64,000 bases of DNA from a virus (Duplodnaviria; Caudoviricetes), in IMG/VR virus record IMGVR_UViG_3300027754_000037. One strand, given 5' to 3'. The notes below the pieces were generated by a model. The model saw only the letters and a list, made by a program, of their open reading frames with translations. It did not search any database and was not told the origin of the DNA. Positions 54,801 to 64,000 of the stretch are shown here, piece by piece (positions within the stretch are counted from its first letter, which is position 1; every line of letters begins with the position of its first letter). A program made the position numbers and the translations under genes.

Positions 54801-56188
54801 TGATCCCACAAACAGGCACCATAAGTGGAAATTTAACTGTAGTTCTCAGAGCAAAGGTGGAAGTTCTAAACACATCCTTGAAACCCATCAGCAATAACAT
54901 CAGAAATGATAATTTCTATCAAAAAATATCTGGTGTTGAATATAAAATCATTGAAGTTTTAGACACCGATGGCACATATGATTACTTCTGGATCGAAGGA
55001 TACAACGGTGGTGATGTTGCTGGTGCCAATTTAGTTGTATATGAGAGAATTCTTGACAATCAAATCGGCTACATGAGTCATCGTGGTCTAAATCTTGTGT
55101 TACCATCAACTAATGTTGAATATGATAAATACATCCAAAATGGATTTAATCAATATCGATGGGATGGTGATGGTACTCCAAACATGAGTGCCGATCCAAT
55201 TAGGCCAACTGCTAGTACAACTGAGCCATTTTCTTTGAAAGAAAATTTCATTGTGGTTGTAAATGATGGCACGAACCAAGATTCTTACTGGATGGAATCA
55301 ATTAACGGCGATGATGGAGGTGACACGCTAATCACGCTTTCCGGCAATGACCATTACTGGCAAGCATTGACAGCGGGAGGCACAGCAGCAACTGTCAATA
55401 TTTACAGATATGTGCCAAAAGGTGCGGATATCATGGGTCAAGTATTTGACCAGCCAAATCACAGCTTCAACTACATCACTCGATCTGGGAGTCCTAATGT
55501 GACTGCCTATGAAGGCGCTTACTACACATGGAATGCTTCCAATAGAGATCAAATAGAAACTGCTGTTCCTTATTCTCTAAATACTGCAAAAACCTTGGTG
55601 ACAACCAAGAGCCTTCATAGTTTGTCAAACAATAACAAAATCGTAATTTATGATTCCAATCCATCAATTGATGGAGAATTCATTGTTACGGTTGTTGATG
55701 AAAAAAAGTTTCTGATTAATTTTGATATGACAGCCCTGACCACCGTAGAGACAGGGTTTTGGCACTTGGTTCCAAAAAATGGGGGAGCATTCTCTCGACC
55801 AGACATGCCAAATGCCACCAAATTGTTTATGAGTTTCTATGAAACTGGTGGCAGAAATCAATATACAATGCTCACCAACTGGACTACATCGGGATATCTA
55901 CATTTTGTTAACAGTTCTGGCACCGTGGTCTGTGTGATGCAGATCGACAACTCCAAAATTCCTTATGCAAAATACTATGAAATTCCTGTTGTTTTCGTCA
56001 GCGGAGATGACTTAACTGAAGGGCAACAATACAGAGTGTTTTATAACTCTGCAATATTGACTTCTTCTGTTGTCCAGTCTTTGGCAGCAAAAGAACACAA
56101 CGGTCCAGAAGACTTTATAAAACAAAAAGAAGCTATCTCATATAAAATTGACTACATAAATGGTGCAGAAGAAAAAGGAGAACTGTGA
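51887..56188 (+). CDS. Baseplate protein with P2 gpI/gp7-like domain and large appended domains
   Basis: LLPYLSNIFNLKL...WRGQIKRAIPQFKRKGT; IKENTPFHAVL; two copies of a TG..ANPVEI/HNL.TGD.V repeat; position after gp6. Confidence 0.65.
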   Translation: MTQVFYNENPTITDSVVLRFLTPDSSGCLLQMPYKVDNLTIYFVERDFSSGKTSTYDEKKYNPAKLVLAEAAEVVACNSPTSENITNAKLARATAEASVTSNNFYFNDAVPIKIVGNSNFPAWLGYKITGITAANPVEITTDDPHNLTTGDTVYLYATDCIPPIDDAYKVTVTGANTFAIDYDLSGGTAGSNGVWISAQINSDNALKPVVTDNQTTIGLFEYVWEPLGAREGDYFVCWTWTSLVAGTSLSSHLKFSLGGNTQVTTSIPTHFTDPKKYDTLLERYTPEMFKMYMTSDDVTPSVIDRFNQSIALGFTTLENLANQIVDLQDANSIHESLLPYLSNIFNLKLKTADPTRWRGQIKRAIPQFKRKGTKGGLEEGLEHASMKLVNIRRLWQIKSKYTWQESFLCTGSKEFILEKQLYVSPDPDNIELYINTEHLVTSIEVYIPDTTKTKIFCFSNHGLNTDDEIYIYKSNSVPKIDGVYKVNVDSNSTFIIDFDLSTGTEGTYALWHQTVLDQAYQVLTPYSSYVSFSTVDGVTTMTWTSTSTPLRNGDIVRILYQTDAVPSPTEQLYEMYLRSLPMIDQRDESQQIYPLKNWNVRGLSEDDPFFDTLISVRHPFHEFLVYGKIRTEFPYSENIYNMEEYNGSIRNSKSPCDIDRQFIDPCQYCISSSYNIDVEVDNICDDRINEFFEVIKENTPFHAVLHTVNFYGTFNDFIMPPAETIECYVKIKGSEFALAGEGQMYFNRNMSLSNLNDLNNTECIFRGSANPYGKQYLVDIEANLVLSGASGTVYNDDIVLYNNKSMERIRISPNGNGFIKVLDGTYYGTYQIILIDKHVLKIDPVPTEPIEDCNDIFQMSGELNTCTFPFRVFNIVIDISPYSSLCNIFQDNYLSLADATQDWGVLGVQTVADVARGTATGTWTIEITGYGNHDILDITPQGELLIEYGGSLSSLASGNYNYELYDENSTLVIPQTGTISGNLTVVLRAKVEVLNTSLKPISNNIRNDNFYQKISGVEYKIIEVLDTDGTYDYFWIEGYNGGDVAGANLVVYERILDNQIGYMSHRGLNLVLPSTNVEYDKYIQNGFNQYRWDGDGTPNMSADPIRPTASTTEPFSLKENFIVVVNDGTNQDSYWMESINGDDGGDTLITLSGNDHYWQALTAGGTAATVNIYRYVPKGADIMGQVFDQPNHSFNYITRSGSPNVTAYEGAYYTWNASNRDQIETAVPYSLNTAKTLVTTKSLHSLSNNNKIVIYDSNPSIDGEFIVTVVDEKKFLINFDMTALTTVETGFWHLVPKNGGAFSRPDMPNATKLFMSFYETGGRNQYTMLTNWTTSGYLHFVNSSGTVVCVMQIDNSKIPYAKYYEIPVVFVSGDDLTEGQQYRVFYNSAILTSSVVQSLAAKEHNGPEDFIKQKEAISYKIDYINGAEEKGEL

Positions 56189-56667
56189 TGGAAATGTTTT
56201 CTGGGCTGAAAGCTAGGGGCGATGTTCAAGCCGTGATTGAACATCTTTCTGGTCGTGTTGATGTGATTGAATTTCCCAACACAGTTCTTGGAGATGGACG
56301 CAAGGCTCTGGCTGCGAGTTTGGCTAACAAATTTATTGGCACTTATCCGTACTACATCAGCAGAATGGTGTTTGGAGATGGAGGAACATCGAACGGAAGT
56401 CCTAAATTTATCAGCACAGACAGAATGGCTTTGTATTGTGGGACTCCTGTAGTCAGCAAGCCAGTAGTATCAACAGTCGATCCCAATGTTGCATCGCAAA
56501 TCATTATTACTTCAATTTTGACTGTGAATGACGCTAATGGATATAGCCTAAATGAAATGGCCCTGCAAATGTCAAATGATCAACTTTACAGCATGGTGAC
56601 ATTCCCAGACTTGAACAAGACAAATCAGATGCAAATCACATGGTCATGGAGACTATCATTCGTCTGA
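56188..56667 (+). CDS. Tail-collar/fibre-attachment-like structural protein
   Basis: NTVL.DGR..LA..L, MVFGDGG, NEMAL, ITWSW; coupled to the upstream gene. Confidence 0.55.
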   Translation: MEMFSGLKARGDVQAVIEHLSGRVDVIEFPNTVLGDGRKALAASLANKFIGTYPYYISRMVFGDGGTSNGSPKFISTDRMALYCGTPVVSKPVVSTVDPNVASQIIITSILTVNDANGYSLNEMALQMSNDQLYSMVTFPDLNKTNQMQITWSWRLSFV

Positions 56668-56686
56668 TGTAAAATAAGGAGAAAAA

Positions 56687-57571
56687 ATGCCCGATTTAGA
56701 CAAATTACCAGTCCCCCAATATGCAGCGGAACAGCCTTATCATTTCAATTATGATAATCTGCCCCTGAAAACTTTGGCAGAACGGGATATTTTAATTAAC
56801 AACGCCGTTGATAACATGGATTTGATATTGGCAGATGCTGCCGGAAGCACAGCAAGTTTAGCAGACAGGCTTGATGTAACCCTGAATGCAGACGGCACAA
56901 TCAGCACAGTTGTATTTGATGATGCAATGCACAACATTGCAAAGCACGAGGACGGCTACAGCAGCACCGTGGCTGGCGCTGGCACCACCACAGTTGATGG
57001 TACAGAACTTCTTGCATATCAAGGTTTAGGATATCCCTCTCTTACCAATCCTGTCTCTTTTGTTCGTATGTTGGATGTGGAAAGAAATAAACTCACAAAT
57101 ATTCAAGCAGATGCAACCAAGCTCACAGTTGAATTTCCTGACGCAACCGCAGCCATTTTTGGCGACACTAATCCCACTTTGATCGTTAGCGATTCTCCCA
57201 GCATTGCGTGGACTTGGGACGGATCAAGCATCAGCGCAGGAGTGGTTGGTTCTTTCACCAACCCTCACGGGCATTACTACAATTTAGTGCCTTATAATCC
57301 ATCGGTCGATTATCAGACATATTTTACAAATAATGTGTCCACGCCATTTGTGGAAGGTAGTTTAAGAGTTTATGTGAATGGCATCCGTCTTCCTGAATAT
57401 GATTCAATGAATACCATATATGCATATGTTCCTACCTTCTCAGGGGGTTCGCCATCTAGTTGGAGTCAAAATTATTTTACTCCTGATTATACGAGTGGAA
57501 CATTTGACTTATATGTTCCTATTACAAGCAACGATGTGATCGTAATAGATTTTGATATTGATCTGAGCTAA
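56687..57571 (+). CDS. putative virion structural protein
   Basis: AAGGAG RBS; EGSLRVYVNGIRL motif near the C-terminus. Confidence 0.55.
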   Translation: MPDLDKLPVPQYAAEQPYHFNYDNLPLKTLAERDILINNAVDNMDLILADAAGSTASLADRLDVTLNADGTISTVVFDDAMHNIAKHEDGYSSTVAGAGTTTVDGTELLAYQGLGYPSLTNPVSFVRMLDVERNKLTNIQADATKLTVEFPDATAAIFGDTNPTLIVSDSPSIAWTWDGSSISAGVVGSFTNPHGHYYNLVPYNPSVDYQTYFTNNVSTPFVEGSLRVYVNGIRLPEYDSMNTIYAYVPTFSGGSPSSWSQNYFTPDYTSGTFDLYVPITSNDVIVIDFDIDLS

Positions 57572-57625
57572 AAAATTTAAGTTTTTCTCTGTTATTTGTG
57601 AACCTACAGAAAGACAGGGAAAAAC

Positions 57626-58162
57626 TTGGAAATATATCAAGAAAAAGAAATAAAATACGGATTTGTGATTCTGTGTCCAGATCATTCGATCAGCATGGTA
57701 AAAACCACCGTATTTTCCGTCCAATCAAAATACGAAAATGCTTCCTGCATTTGCGTTGTTGACAATCAAGCGACCAAGGAAGATGTCGCTTTAATTAAGG
57801 AAATTTGCCCTGTTTATAAAGGCGGTTCGACCGTAACCTCCTTAATCAATGTCGGCATGAGACACTCTCCTACTGAATGGGCATTTCTTGTATTTGCAGG
57901 AACAACCGTCAGAAGTAAAATGAACCAAAAATATTCATTTTTCATGAATAGCGAAAAAGATGTCGTATATCCAGTTGCAAACAACAAAAGTAATTTCATC
58001 GATGCTACCTTGAACGGACTCTTGATCAACAAGAAATTTTTCAAGGAAGTTGGAGATCTCCAAGACGAAGGCAGTTTGGAAGAAATCAAATGTGAATGGG
58101 CTTGCAGAGCTATGGCGCATGAATGCAAGTTCAAATCAATTGTTGGCGCAAAACTTTGTTAA
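57626..58162 (+). CDS. degenerate GT-A (GT2-like) fold protein
   Basis: FVIL...TVFSV...ICVVDN...LINVGM...WAFLV; no clear DxD. Confidence 0.4.
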   Translation: MEIYQEKEIKYGFVILCPDHSISMVKTTVFSVQSKYENASCICVVDNQATKEDVALIKEICPVYKGGSTVTSLINVGMRHSPTEWAFLVFAGTTVRSKMNQKYSFFMNSEKDVVYPVANNKSNFIDATLNGLLINKKFFKEVGDLQDEGSLEEIKCEWACRAMAHECKFKSIVGAKLC

Positions 58163-58677
58163 ACATCTCCGTACATGAGACTCCATCTGTCATCGTGGCG
58201 ATGCAGACCTTCGTCAACTTGGGAAAGATACAAATAAAGTTCGTCCCATGAAGCAAACATGTATCGAGTAGGCACAAATCCAAAATACCATAATGGAATA
58301 TATTTGATGTGATTTTTGTTGGTAACCAAGAGAGTAGGCTTTTTGGCGTTATTGCTGTTGATGATTTCATGTACCGTGCCTACAGTTTGCACACCATAGG
58401 GAACATACGCAATTATGAAATCGCAACGGTCTATTATACCTAAATCTTTACGAACAAAACCTTTAGCTACTGCAACCATCTGTTCAATATCATCTTTTTT
58501 TTGAGCATTTCTGATTTTTTCATGAGCATTTTGTTTTAAATCTTTGAATGGATCAAACAAATTTATGTTGAATTTTTCAGTCAAAACCGCAGTCGGACAT
58601 CCACGCCACTTGTCTTCGGTTGCAAACTGTATGGGTCCACTAAGATAAGCTCGCTTGGATGATAGGAATCCTAACAT
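58159..58677 (-). CDS. Nucleoside 2-deoxyribosyltransferase-like protein
   Basis: AYLSGPI, DLGIIDRCDFIIAY, GTVHEI. Confidence 0.7.
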   Translation of the reverse strand: MLGFLSSKRAYLSGPIQFATEDKWRGCPTAVLTEKFNINLFDPFKDLKQNAHEKIRNAQKKDDIEQMVAVAKGFVRKDLGIIDRCDFIIAYVPYGVQTVGTVHEIINSNNAKKPTLLVTNKNHIKYIPLWYFGFVPTRYMFASWDELYLYLSQVDEGLHRHDDRWSLMYGDV

Positions 58678-58717
58678 TTATAATTTCCTGTAAACTCATT
58701 TAACAAGGGGAAACAAC

Positions 58718-59425
58718 ATGAATTCAAATGATCAGATTCTAAGCGAAATGAATGAACTTTTGCAACACGAACCAACGCAAAGACACAGCTATTTTCAGCT
58801 TAAATATTTTCTAATTGGCAAAGAGCCAACCATTCAGTCCAAAATGTGGCAATGTCTTCGAGAATTGAAAAATCGCAAAGACTCGCTGCAATCGATGGAT
58901 TTGGAAATCTCTGAAACAAATGATAAACTTTTATTGCTAGATATAAACATACAAAAGTTGGAACACAATATCAAAGAATTTTCGGCCCAGCCAGTCACGA
59001 CGATGAATGAGTTGTCGATGCAAGAATGGAAAATCAATATTCGACAACTTGAAAGGCAAAAAACCGCATACCTAGAATCCTTGAATCAAATTGAAGAAAG
59101 AAAAAAGTGGACCGCTGAAGAGTCAAGGTTCTTCATCGAGACATTTAAAAGCTTGATCAAAATCGAGGACTTGAAGCATTTTGACGACTTCGAGTCGCAA
59201 ATGAATTACTGGAATGAAAAGCTTACTCAGAAAATTAATTTGAAGATGCTGACCAGCGGTCATATCGATTCTGAGTTGATCGAAACTGTGGTTGCTCTGC
59301 CAGAAGAAACTCCCATTAAAAAACAAACTCTTCAAACACTTAATATGAAACAAGCTCAGATATTACAGCAGTTTAAAGAAATGGCGCAAAAAATAGACAA
59401 GAAAGAAAGCCGTGAGGAGAATTGA
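58718..59425 (+). CDS. coiled-coil hypothetical protein
   Basis: 235 aa, heptad-rich; AAGGGG RBS. Confidence 0.7.
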   Translation: MNSNDQILSEMNELLQHEPTQRHSYFQLKYFLIGKEPTIQSKMWQCLRELKNRKDSLQSMDLEISETNDKLLLLDINIQKLEHNIKEFSAQPVTTMNELSMQEWKINIRQLERQKTAYLESLNQIEERKKWTAEESRFFIETFKSLIKIEDLKHFDDFESQMNYWNEKLTQKINLKMLTSGHIDSELIETVVALPEETPIKKQTLQTLNMKQAQILQQFKEMAQKIDKKESREEN

Positions 59426-60501
59426 TGGCTATTACGAGAATTTCATCGCAAGATGGTGGTTATACTGTTGGGAGTCTATCGGTTTTTCCAAATGCGATTG
59501 ACTCTCGATATCAGCTTTATGAGGCCAAAAATAACGCTGAAACCAAACTTGTTCAAACTCTGACATATTCCGCAAAATATATAGTAGTTGACAACAATGA
59601 CCTTTTCCCGTCAACAGGTATTCTGAGGGTGGGACCTCCTCCGGGGCAACCCGGAGCGGCGGAAATGATTTACTACGAAAGTAAGACAAATGGTGCTTTT
59701 AAAAATCTGATCAGAGCTTTTGCTGGTTCTAGACAGAATTATTGGCCTGTTGGCAGTTTTGTGACAAATAGCGTTTTTGCAGAGCACCATAATTCCTGTA
59801 AAGACGCCATCCTGAACATAGAACAGGATTTGGGGATAGAAGTCTTTCCAACTACAGGATCGCTGAATCAAATTCTCAAAGCTCAAGAAAACAAATTTTT
59901 GGCACCAAGGGCAGTCTTCCGTGCTCAACCCATCAAAGGTCCTCCCGGCACTAAAATACGCTTTCAAAACTTCAGTACAGGACCATTAGTCCGCAACCTC
60001 TGGGATTTTGGCGACGGCACGACATCTGTCGATAGATCGCCTGTGCACACCTATCAAAAAGAAGGAAACTACACAGTCAAATTAAATATCATCAGCACCC
60101 TTGGAGCTCAAGGCATTGCAGAGAAAGCTGGATACATAACAATCAACGAATCTGAAAGACAGCCGTTTTTTTATGTTTTGCCAACCACCGACACGATCAT
60201 ACCCGGATATTCTCTCAAATATGCAACCGAAACTCTTGGAGATCCTGATCTTGCCACAACATTTACATACATGGACCAAACCGATGGCAATATCGTTCAA
60301 CGATTCTGGGTATTCGACGGTGCTGGCAAACATAATGGCGAACAGGTAGAGGGCAATTCAATTACCGAATATGATCCGAATATTCACATGACGACCTATG
60401 TTTATGACAAACCGGGAGAATACAGGCCTTCTCTTCTGACTTTGTTCGAGAATCAAAAACTACAAAGAGCCTTCCTAACAGACAAAATCGTGGTGATATA
60501 A
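59425..60501 (+). CDS. PKD-domain virion protein (AEHHN paralog 1)
   Basis: VFAEHHN..KDAI..IE; PKD signature WDFGDGTTS...PVHTYQKEGNYTVKL. Confidence 0.8.
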   Translation: MAITRISSQDGGYTVGSLSVFPNAIDSRYQLYEAKNNAETKLVQTLTYSAKYIVVDNNDLFPSTGILRVGPPPGQPGAAEMIYYESKTNGAFKNLIRAFAGSRQNYWPVGSFVTNSVFAEHHNSCKDAILNIEQDLGIEVFPTTGSLNQILKAQENKFLAPRAVFRAQPIKGPPGTKIRFQNFSTGPLVRNLWDFGDGTTSVDRSPVHTYQKEGNYTVKLNIISTLGAQGIAEKAGYITINESERQPFFYVLPTTDTIIPGYSLKYATETLGDPDLATTFTYMDQTDGNIVQRFWVFDGAGKHNGEQVEGNSITEYDPNIHMTTYVYDKPGEYRPSLLTLFENQKLQRAFLTDKIVVI

Positions 60502-62822
60502 TGGCAGATTTAAGTAATTTTCCTGCAATTCTTGACACCAATGTTGAACTCTATCATGTAAGTGATGGACTTCGTGTTGTGCTTGCCGAAGATTATAATC
60601 CCGGCGATACATCAATTACCGTGCTAGGCGACGAAGAAATGATGAGGCGGTTTACACCAACCGGCATCATCACGCTCACGGAACAATGCAGCGAACCAGA
60701 ACTCAGAGCAATCAGTTTTTCCTACACATCCAGAACACTAACCACATTTGATGGATTGATTCTTCTGGATGGTTTTACAGATGTAGGCAAACCAAAATCC
60801 ATCACAAATGTCACCCAAAATGTGATGGCCCAACATCACAACAGTCTCAAAGATGCACTAATAAATATCGAAGAATTTGCAGGGATAAAGGGCGAGGTTG
60901 GACCTCGTCCTCTTGAGGGAACGATGGAAGAACGCATCAACTATCTGAGGAGCATAGTTTTACAACCCAAGGCTTGGTTTTCCAGCAATAAACAAATCGG
61001 TTTGGCTCCTCTAACTGTCGAATTCACCAACAAGAGTTTTCGTTTGGGAACAGACGGCAATTCGCAAACCGTTAGCTATATTTGGGATTTTGAGTATGAT
61101 CCCAGCGTTACCCCAACAACAATCTGTAACGCCACTTCGGTTGTACCATCGACAATCAGCCATGTTCTGATAAGAGATTTGGATGGAGGTGCGATCACAA
61201 AAACCTATTATGACCCCGGAATTTTCAGCGTTAAACTCACCGTGACAAATAATTTTGGCTCTGATAGCGTTATTTTCGACGACTACATTCAAGCTCGTTT
61301 TCCTGCGCCACTTGATGCTTGCATTGAATTCACGCAGCGTGCGAATCAAGTTGTCATACTGGGCACAAATCCTACCGGTGGTCCCTATATTCAGACGAAC
61401 TCAACCACTCCAGTCATTAGAAGTCCTGTCAATAATATCATTGACATGTACATTAACCCCGGAGAAAACACTACAAACGCACCCGGATACACTTTTGCTG
61501 GCGAAGAATTAGATGGAGCTTCTCCTATTGATCCAATTATTCAATACACTTGGTCTTTATCAGATGATATTCCACACAGCAACGCAAGCACAGCAAGAGC
61601 GGTGTATAGCGTTGGTGGTTTTTATGATCTAATTTTGAGGTGCGACACTCAATTTGGTGCATATAAAATTACAAAATATCCCAAGGCTTTTGATATTGTA
61701 GAAAAATTAAATTTATGGCTATGGCTGTCTAATCCCTTGGACTCTTCTGATGTATCTGTATCTGAATTCGGTTTATTAAGCGAAACTTTCAAAACCGCTA
61801 CTGCCAACACCACAATTGCCAGAAATTATACATTTCTAGAAGACAATTCCCCATCTTATGTCGTGCCAAATGAAATTCAACAACAAAGAGAATTTAGAAA
61901 TAATGTAGGTTTTGCCCGCAATACCACCGCATCTTCTGGCAACAATGGTACAGGATATTTGTATTGGGCAACAGGCAGAAGTCCTTTGGACAGTAAATCG
62001 AGTGAAAAAATTCAATCGCTTACTTTTAACGGTTTTACACAATCTTATATTGCCGGTTTTTCAGATGTTTATAGACCTTGGAACTGGGTCGATCTGTATT
62101 CTAGCAGTAAGCTTTGGTTTATTTTGGGAGGTGTCACGACTCTTGATATCAATATTCCTCAAGACACATCTCCAACAAATCAAGTAAAATCTGTAGTTTC
62201 ACTTGGTACTGGAAATGTAGATTCAAGCGTCTCATTTGTACAAACTAATTACAAAAATGGCGCAGATAATTTGCTTAATAATGCAGTTTCATATCCTATA
62301 GGTGGAGGAGACACTCTTCAGGGTCACATGAGTGTTTACCGGTCATGTTGGTTTGATGATGCTGGATATATCCTCAGAAATGAAGGTGTCGGTTCCTTTT
62401 TTAGAATCAAAACTTTCTACAAGACTAGTGGAACATCAGCAGACTATGTGCAGGACATACGAAAATTGCCAGACATGAGCGGCGCAAGCCGTGTTGAGGG
62501 CAAACTTGTTCCACTCAGCTTGGGTGTTTATTTCTTCAGCAACGCTGGTGCTGTTAGTGCATACAGCCCAAGCTCGGGTGTTTGGGGTACGGGTGGTCCC
62601 GGCATCAATAGTCCAGCCTTCCGTGTGCTTCAAGATACAAGCGTGGTCGGCTACGACGATCCAGATCAAACTCTACTCTGCGCTTCGGATGGAGATAAAA
62701 TTGCATATCTCAGTTTTGATTATAGTCAAAAATCTTTTGTAAAGTTCAACGAAACCGACACTACTTTCACCAGCGTCACAGCAAGACCAATTGGAGATCA
62801 GTTTCACATGACGATTTTCTAA
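60501..62822 (+). CDS. PKD-domain virion protein (AEHHN paralog 2)
   Basis: VMAQHHN..KDAL..IE; APLTVEF, YIWDF, YYDPGIFSVKLTVTN. Confidence 0.75.
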   Translation: MADLSNFPAILDTNVELYHVSDGLRVVLAEDYNPGDTSITVLGDEEMMRRFTPTGIITLTEQCSEPELRAISFSYTSRTLTTFDGLILLDGFTDVGKPKSITNVTQNVMAQHHNSLKDALINIEEFAGIKGEVGPRPLEGTMEERINYLRSIVLQPKAWFSSNKQIGLAPLTVEFTNKSFRLGTDGNSQTVSYIWDFEYDPSVTPTTICNATSVVPSTISHVLIRDLDGGAITKTYYDPGIFSVKLTVTNNFGSDSVIFDDYIQARFPAPLDACIEFTQRANQVVILGTNPTGGPYIQTNSTTPVIRSPVNNIIDMYINPGENTTNAPGYTFAGEELDGASPIDPIIQYTWSLSDDIPHSNASTARAVYSVGGFYDLILRCDTQFGAYKITKYPKAFDIVEKLNLWLWLSNPLDSSDVSVSEFGLLSETFKTATANTTIARNYTFLEDNSPSYVVPNEIQQQREFRNNVGFARNTTASSGNNGTGYLYWATGRSPLDSKSSEKIQSLTFNGFTQSYIAGFSDVYRPWNWVDLYSSSKLWFILGGVTTLDINIPQDTSPTNQVKSVVSLGTGNVDSSVSFVQTNYKNGADNLLNNAVSYPIGGGDTLQGHMSVYRSCWFDDAGYILRNEGVGSFFRIKTFYKTSGTSADYVQDIRKLPDMSGASRVEGKLVPLSLGVYFFSNAGAVSAYSPSSGVWGTGGPGINSPAFRVLQDTSVVGYDDPDQTLLCASDGDKIAYLSFDYSQKSFVKFNETDTTFTSVTARPIGDQFHMTIF

Positions 62823-62865
62823 GTGTAATTCTACATACTTTTATTACAAAAAGGGATCATTTTAA

Positions 62866-64000
62866 GTGCCATATTTATTTCCACCAGCACCTGTCTACCC
62901 AAACGACTACGATAGTGATCAAACACTATTTGTAGTTTATAACACTTCGGAAACCGTCACCACAGCAGAGAATCAGCCTTGGTCTGATGAAATCTCCATC
63001 AAGCCTGTAGCTGCCGACAAAGATGAAATGTGGTCAGACAACGGATTTGCCAACATAGATGGTGAATTGTTTTACTATGGATCTGTTGAGTACGATGGCA
63101 ATAGCAAAATAAATAAATTCAAACAATGTTGCCGTAATATTGGTGGAACACATACCAAAAGAACCTTAGCGGGTGCTGAAGTTCGTGGTTTCGTAATCGC
63201 AGAACATCACAACCAGATTGTTGATGCCATTGTTAAAATCGAAAACTTCGTTGGATACAACTTCACTCCTGACACAGCTTCTTTGGACTGGAGAATTAGA
63301 AATCTTCAAAATCTTGAAGTAATTTTTGACGACTTTTCCTGCCCTGATGTTGTCTTTGATTTTTTTGTGATTGAAAACAACCCCACTACAGGCATTTTGG
63401 CCCAATATAACATTACAATCACAGGAATTTTCACAAGTTATCGGTTAGATTTTGGAGATGGAACATACACGACTACCTCTCAGAATGGCACACACAGGTA
63501 TGCTCCTAACGCCTCAATTGATCCTGCGCTGACCGTAGCAAACAACAAATGTACTCTTGTTCAAACTCCAATTGAAAGATTGAATGTAACTGAACCTACA
63601 GCACAAAAACCAACCACAGCTTTTGAAATCCCTATTCCTGCTTTGCCTACTATTCCTCAATTCACGGTGCCAACAATTACGGTGCCATCTTTGGTTCCGC
63701 AATTGCCTCCTATTGTGTTTCCGTGTTTGAATGTTGGGCCTATTGGGCCAATCAACATACCATCGGTAATTAGCGTAATTCCCGGCATCAACATACCCTC
63801 ATTGGTGTCAATCACACCTGTGAGCTTGCCGTCTAAGATTACCATAACTCCTGTAACTATTCCAGATAAAATTACTTTTAATCAACCTAAAATTCCTGAC
63901 ACAATCACGATCAGTCCAGCACCAACTATTCCAAACATCAAAATTGATCCTGTTCCTACAATTCCCAATATTAAATTTGACACATTTCCAACATTTCCGA
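62866..64000 (+). CDS. 3'-truncated virion protein (AEHHN paralog 3) with PKD-like and Pro/Ile-rich repeats; absent from the ORF track
   Basis: GTG 62866: MPYLFPPAPVYPNDYDSDQTLF...VIAEHHNQIVDAIVKIE...LDFGDGT...; the frame runs open to the window end through P-x-I-P repeats. Confidence 0.75.
   Translation, partial: MPYLFPPAPVYPNDYDSDQTLFVVYNTSETVTTAENQPWSDEISIKPVAADKDEMWSDNGFANIDGELFYYGSVEYDGNSKINKFKQCCRNIGGTHTKRTLAGAEVRGFVIAEHHNQIVDAIVKIENFVGYNFTPDTASLDWRIRNLQNLEVIFDDFSCPDVVFDFFVIENNPTTGILAQYNITITGIFTSYRLDFGDGTYTTTSQNGTHRYAPNASIDPALTVANNKCTLVQTPIERLNVTEPTAQKPTTAFEIPIPALPTIPQFTVPTITVPSLVPQLPPIVFPCLNVGPIGPINIPSVISVIPGINIPSLVSITPVSLPSKITITPVTIPDKITFNQPKIPDTITISPAPTIPNIKIDPVPTIPNIKFDTFPTFP

Noticed and set aside
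38610-57571. Bacterial T6SS or extracellular contractile injection system instead of a phage tail
   Set aside because: It is flanked by a gp2-like DNA end protector, a 2228-aa tape measure, a tRNA, phage-type early genes and TATAAATA motifs; no Tss membrane-complex genes are seen.
1-64000. Alternative genetic code (stop-codon reassignment)
   Set aside because: Recognisable genes (glf, clpP, gp25, gp6, TMP) are full length in code 11, and TAA, TAG and TGA all end genes at sensible boundaries.

Overview
The whole window reads as part of a large, T4-superfamily-like myovirus (jumbo-phage style) genome in the standard genetic code; the host cannot be established from the sequence. It has four zones. 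(1) 1-11.2 kb: a co-oriented (+) early or host-takeover region of small genes, punctuated by nine copies of a conserved ~40-bp non-canonical promoter-like motif; four copies are embedded in longer promoter + stem-loop modules (three ~115 bp, one shorter) that sit between terminators and one- or two-gene units. It also holds a circularly permuted GHKL ATPase, candidate anti-defence genes and an antisense tRNA-Gly(TCC). (2) 11.2-11.83 kb: a non-coding junction with an AT-rich tract, G-quadruplex-capable motifs, a palindrome and 11 x 21-bp tandem repeats (candidate origin, terminus or packaging site). (3) 11.8-38 kb: mixed-strand accessory and late genes, including a glycan toolkit (Glf, a WbbM-like two-domain glycosyltransferase, a TylF-like methyltransferase, GT8-like and SERGT1/HPAT-like enzymes), an RNA end-repair set (2H phosphoesterase, HAD phosphatase, CCA/poly(A)-polymerase-like protein with degenerate catalytic motifs), ClpP, SpeD, peptidases, a delta-60 beta-propeller, and many proteins whose N-termini resemble T4 capsid-targeting sequences. 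(4) 38-64 kb: a contractile tail and baseplate module (gp2-like, tape measure, tube initiator, gp53, hub, gp5/VgrG, gp25, gp6/J, gpI/gp7-like) followed by three paralogous PKD-type virion proteins, the last truncated by the window end. All protein-family calls come from visual motif recognition, not database searches.
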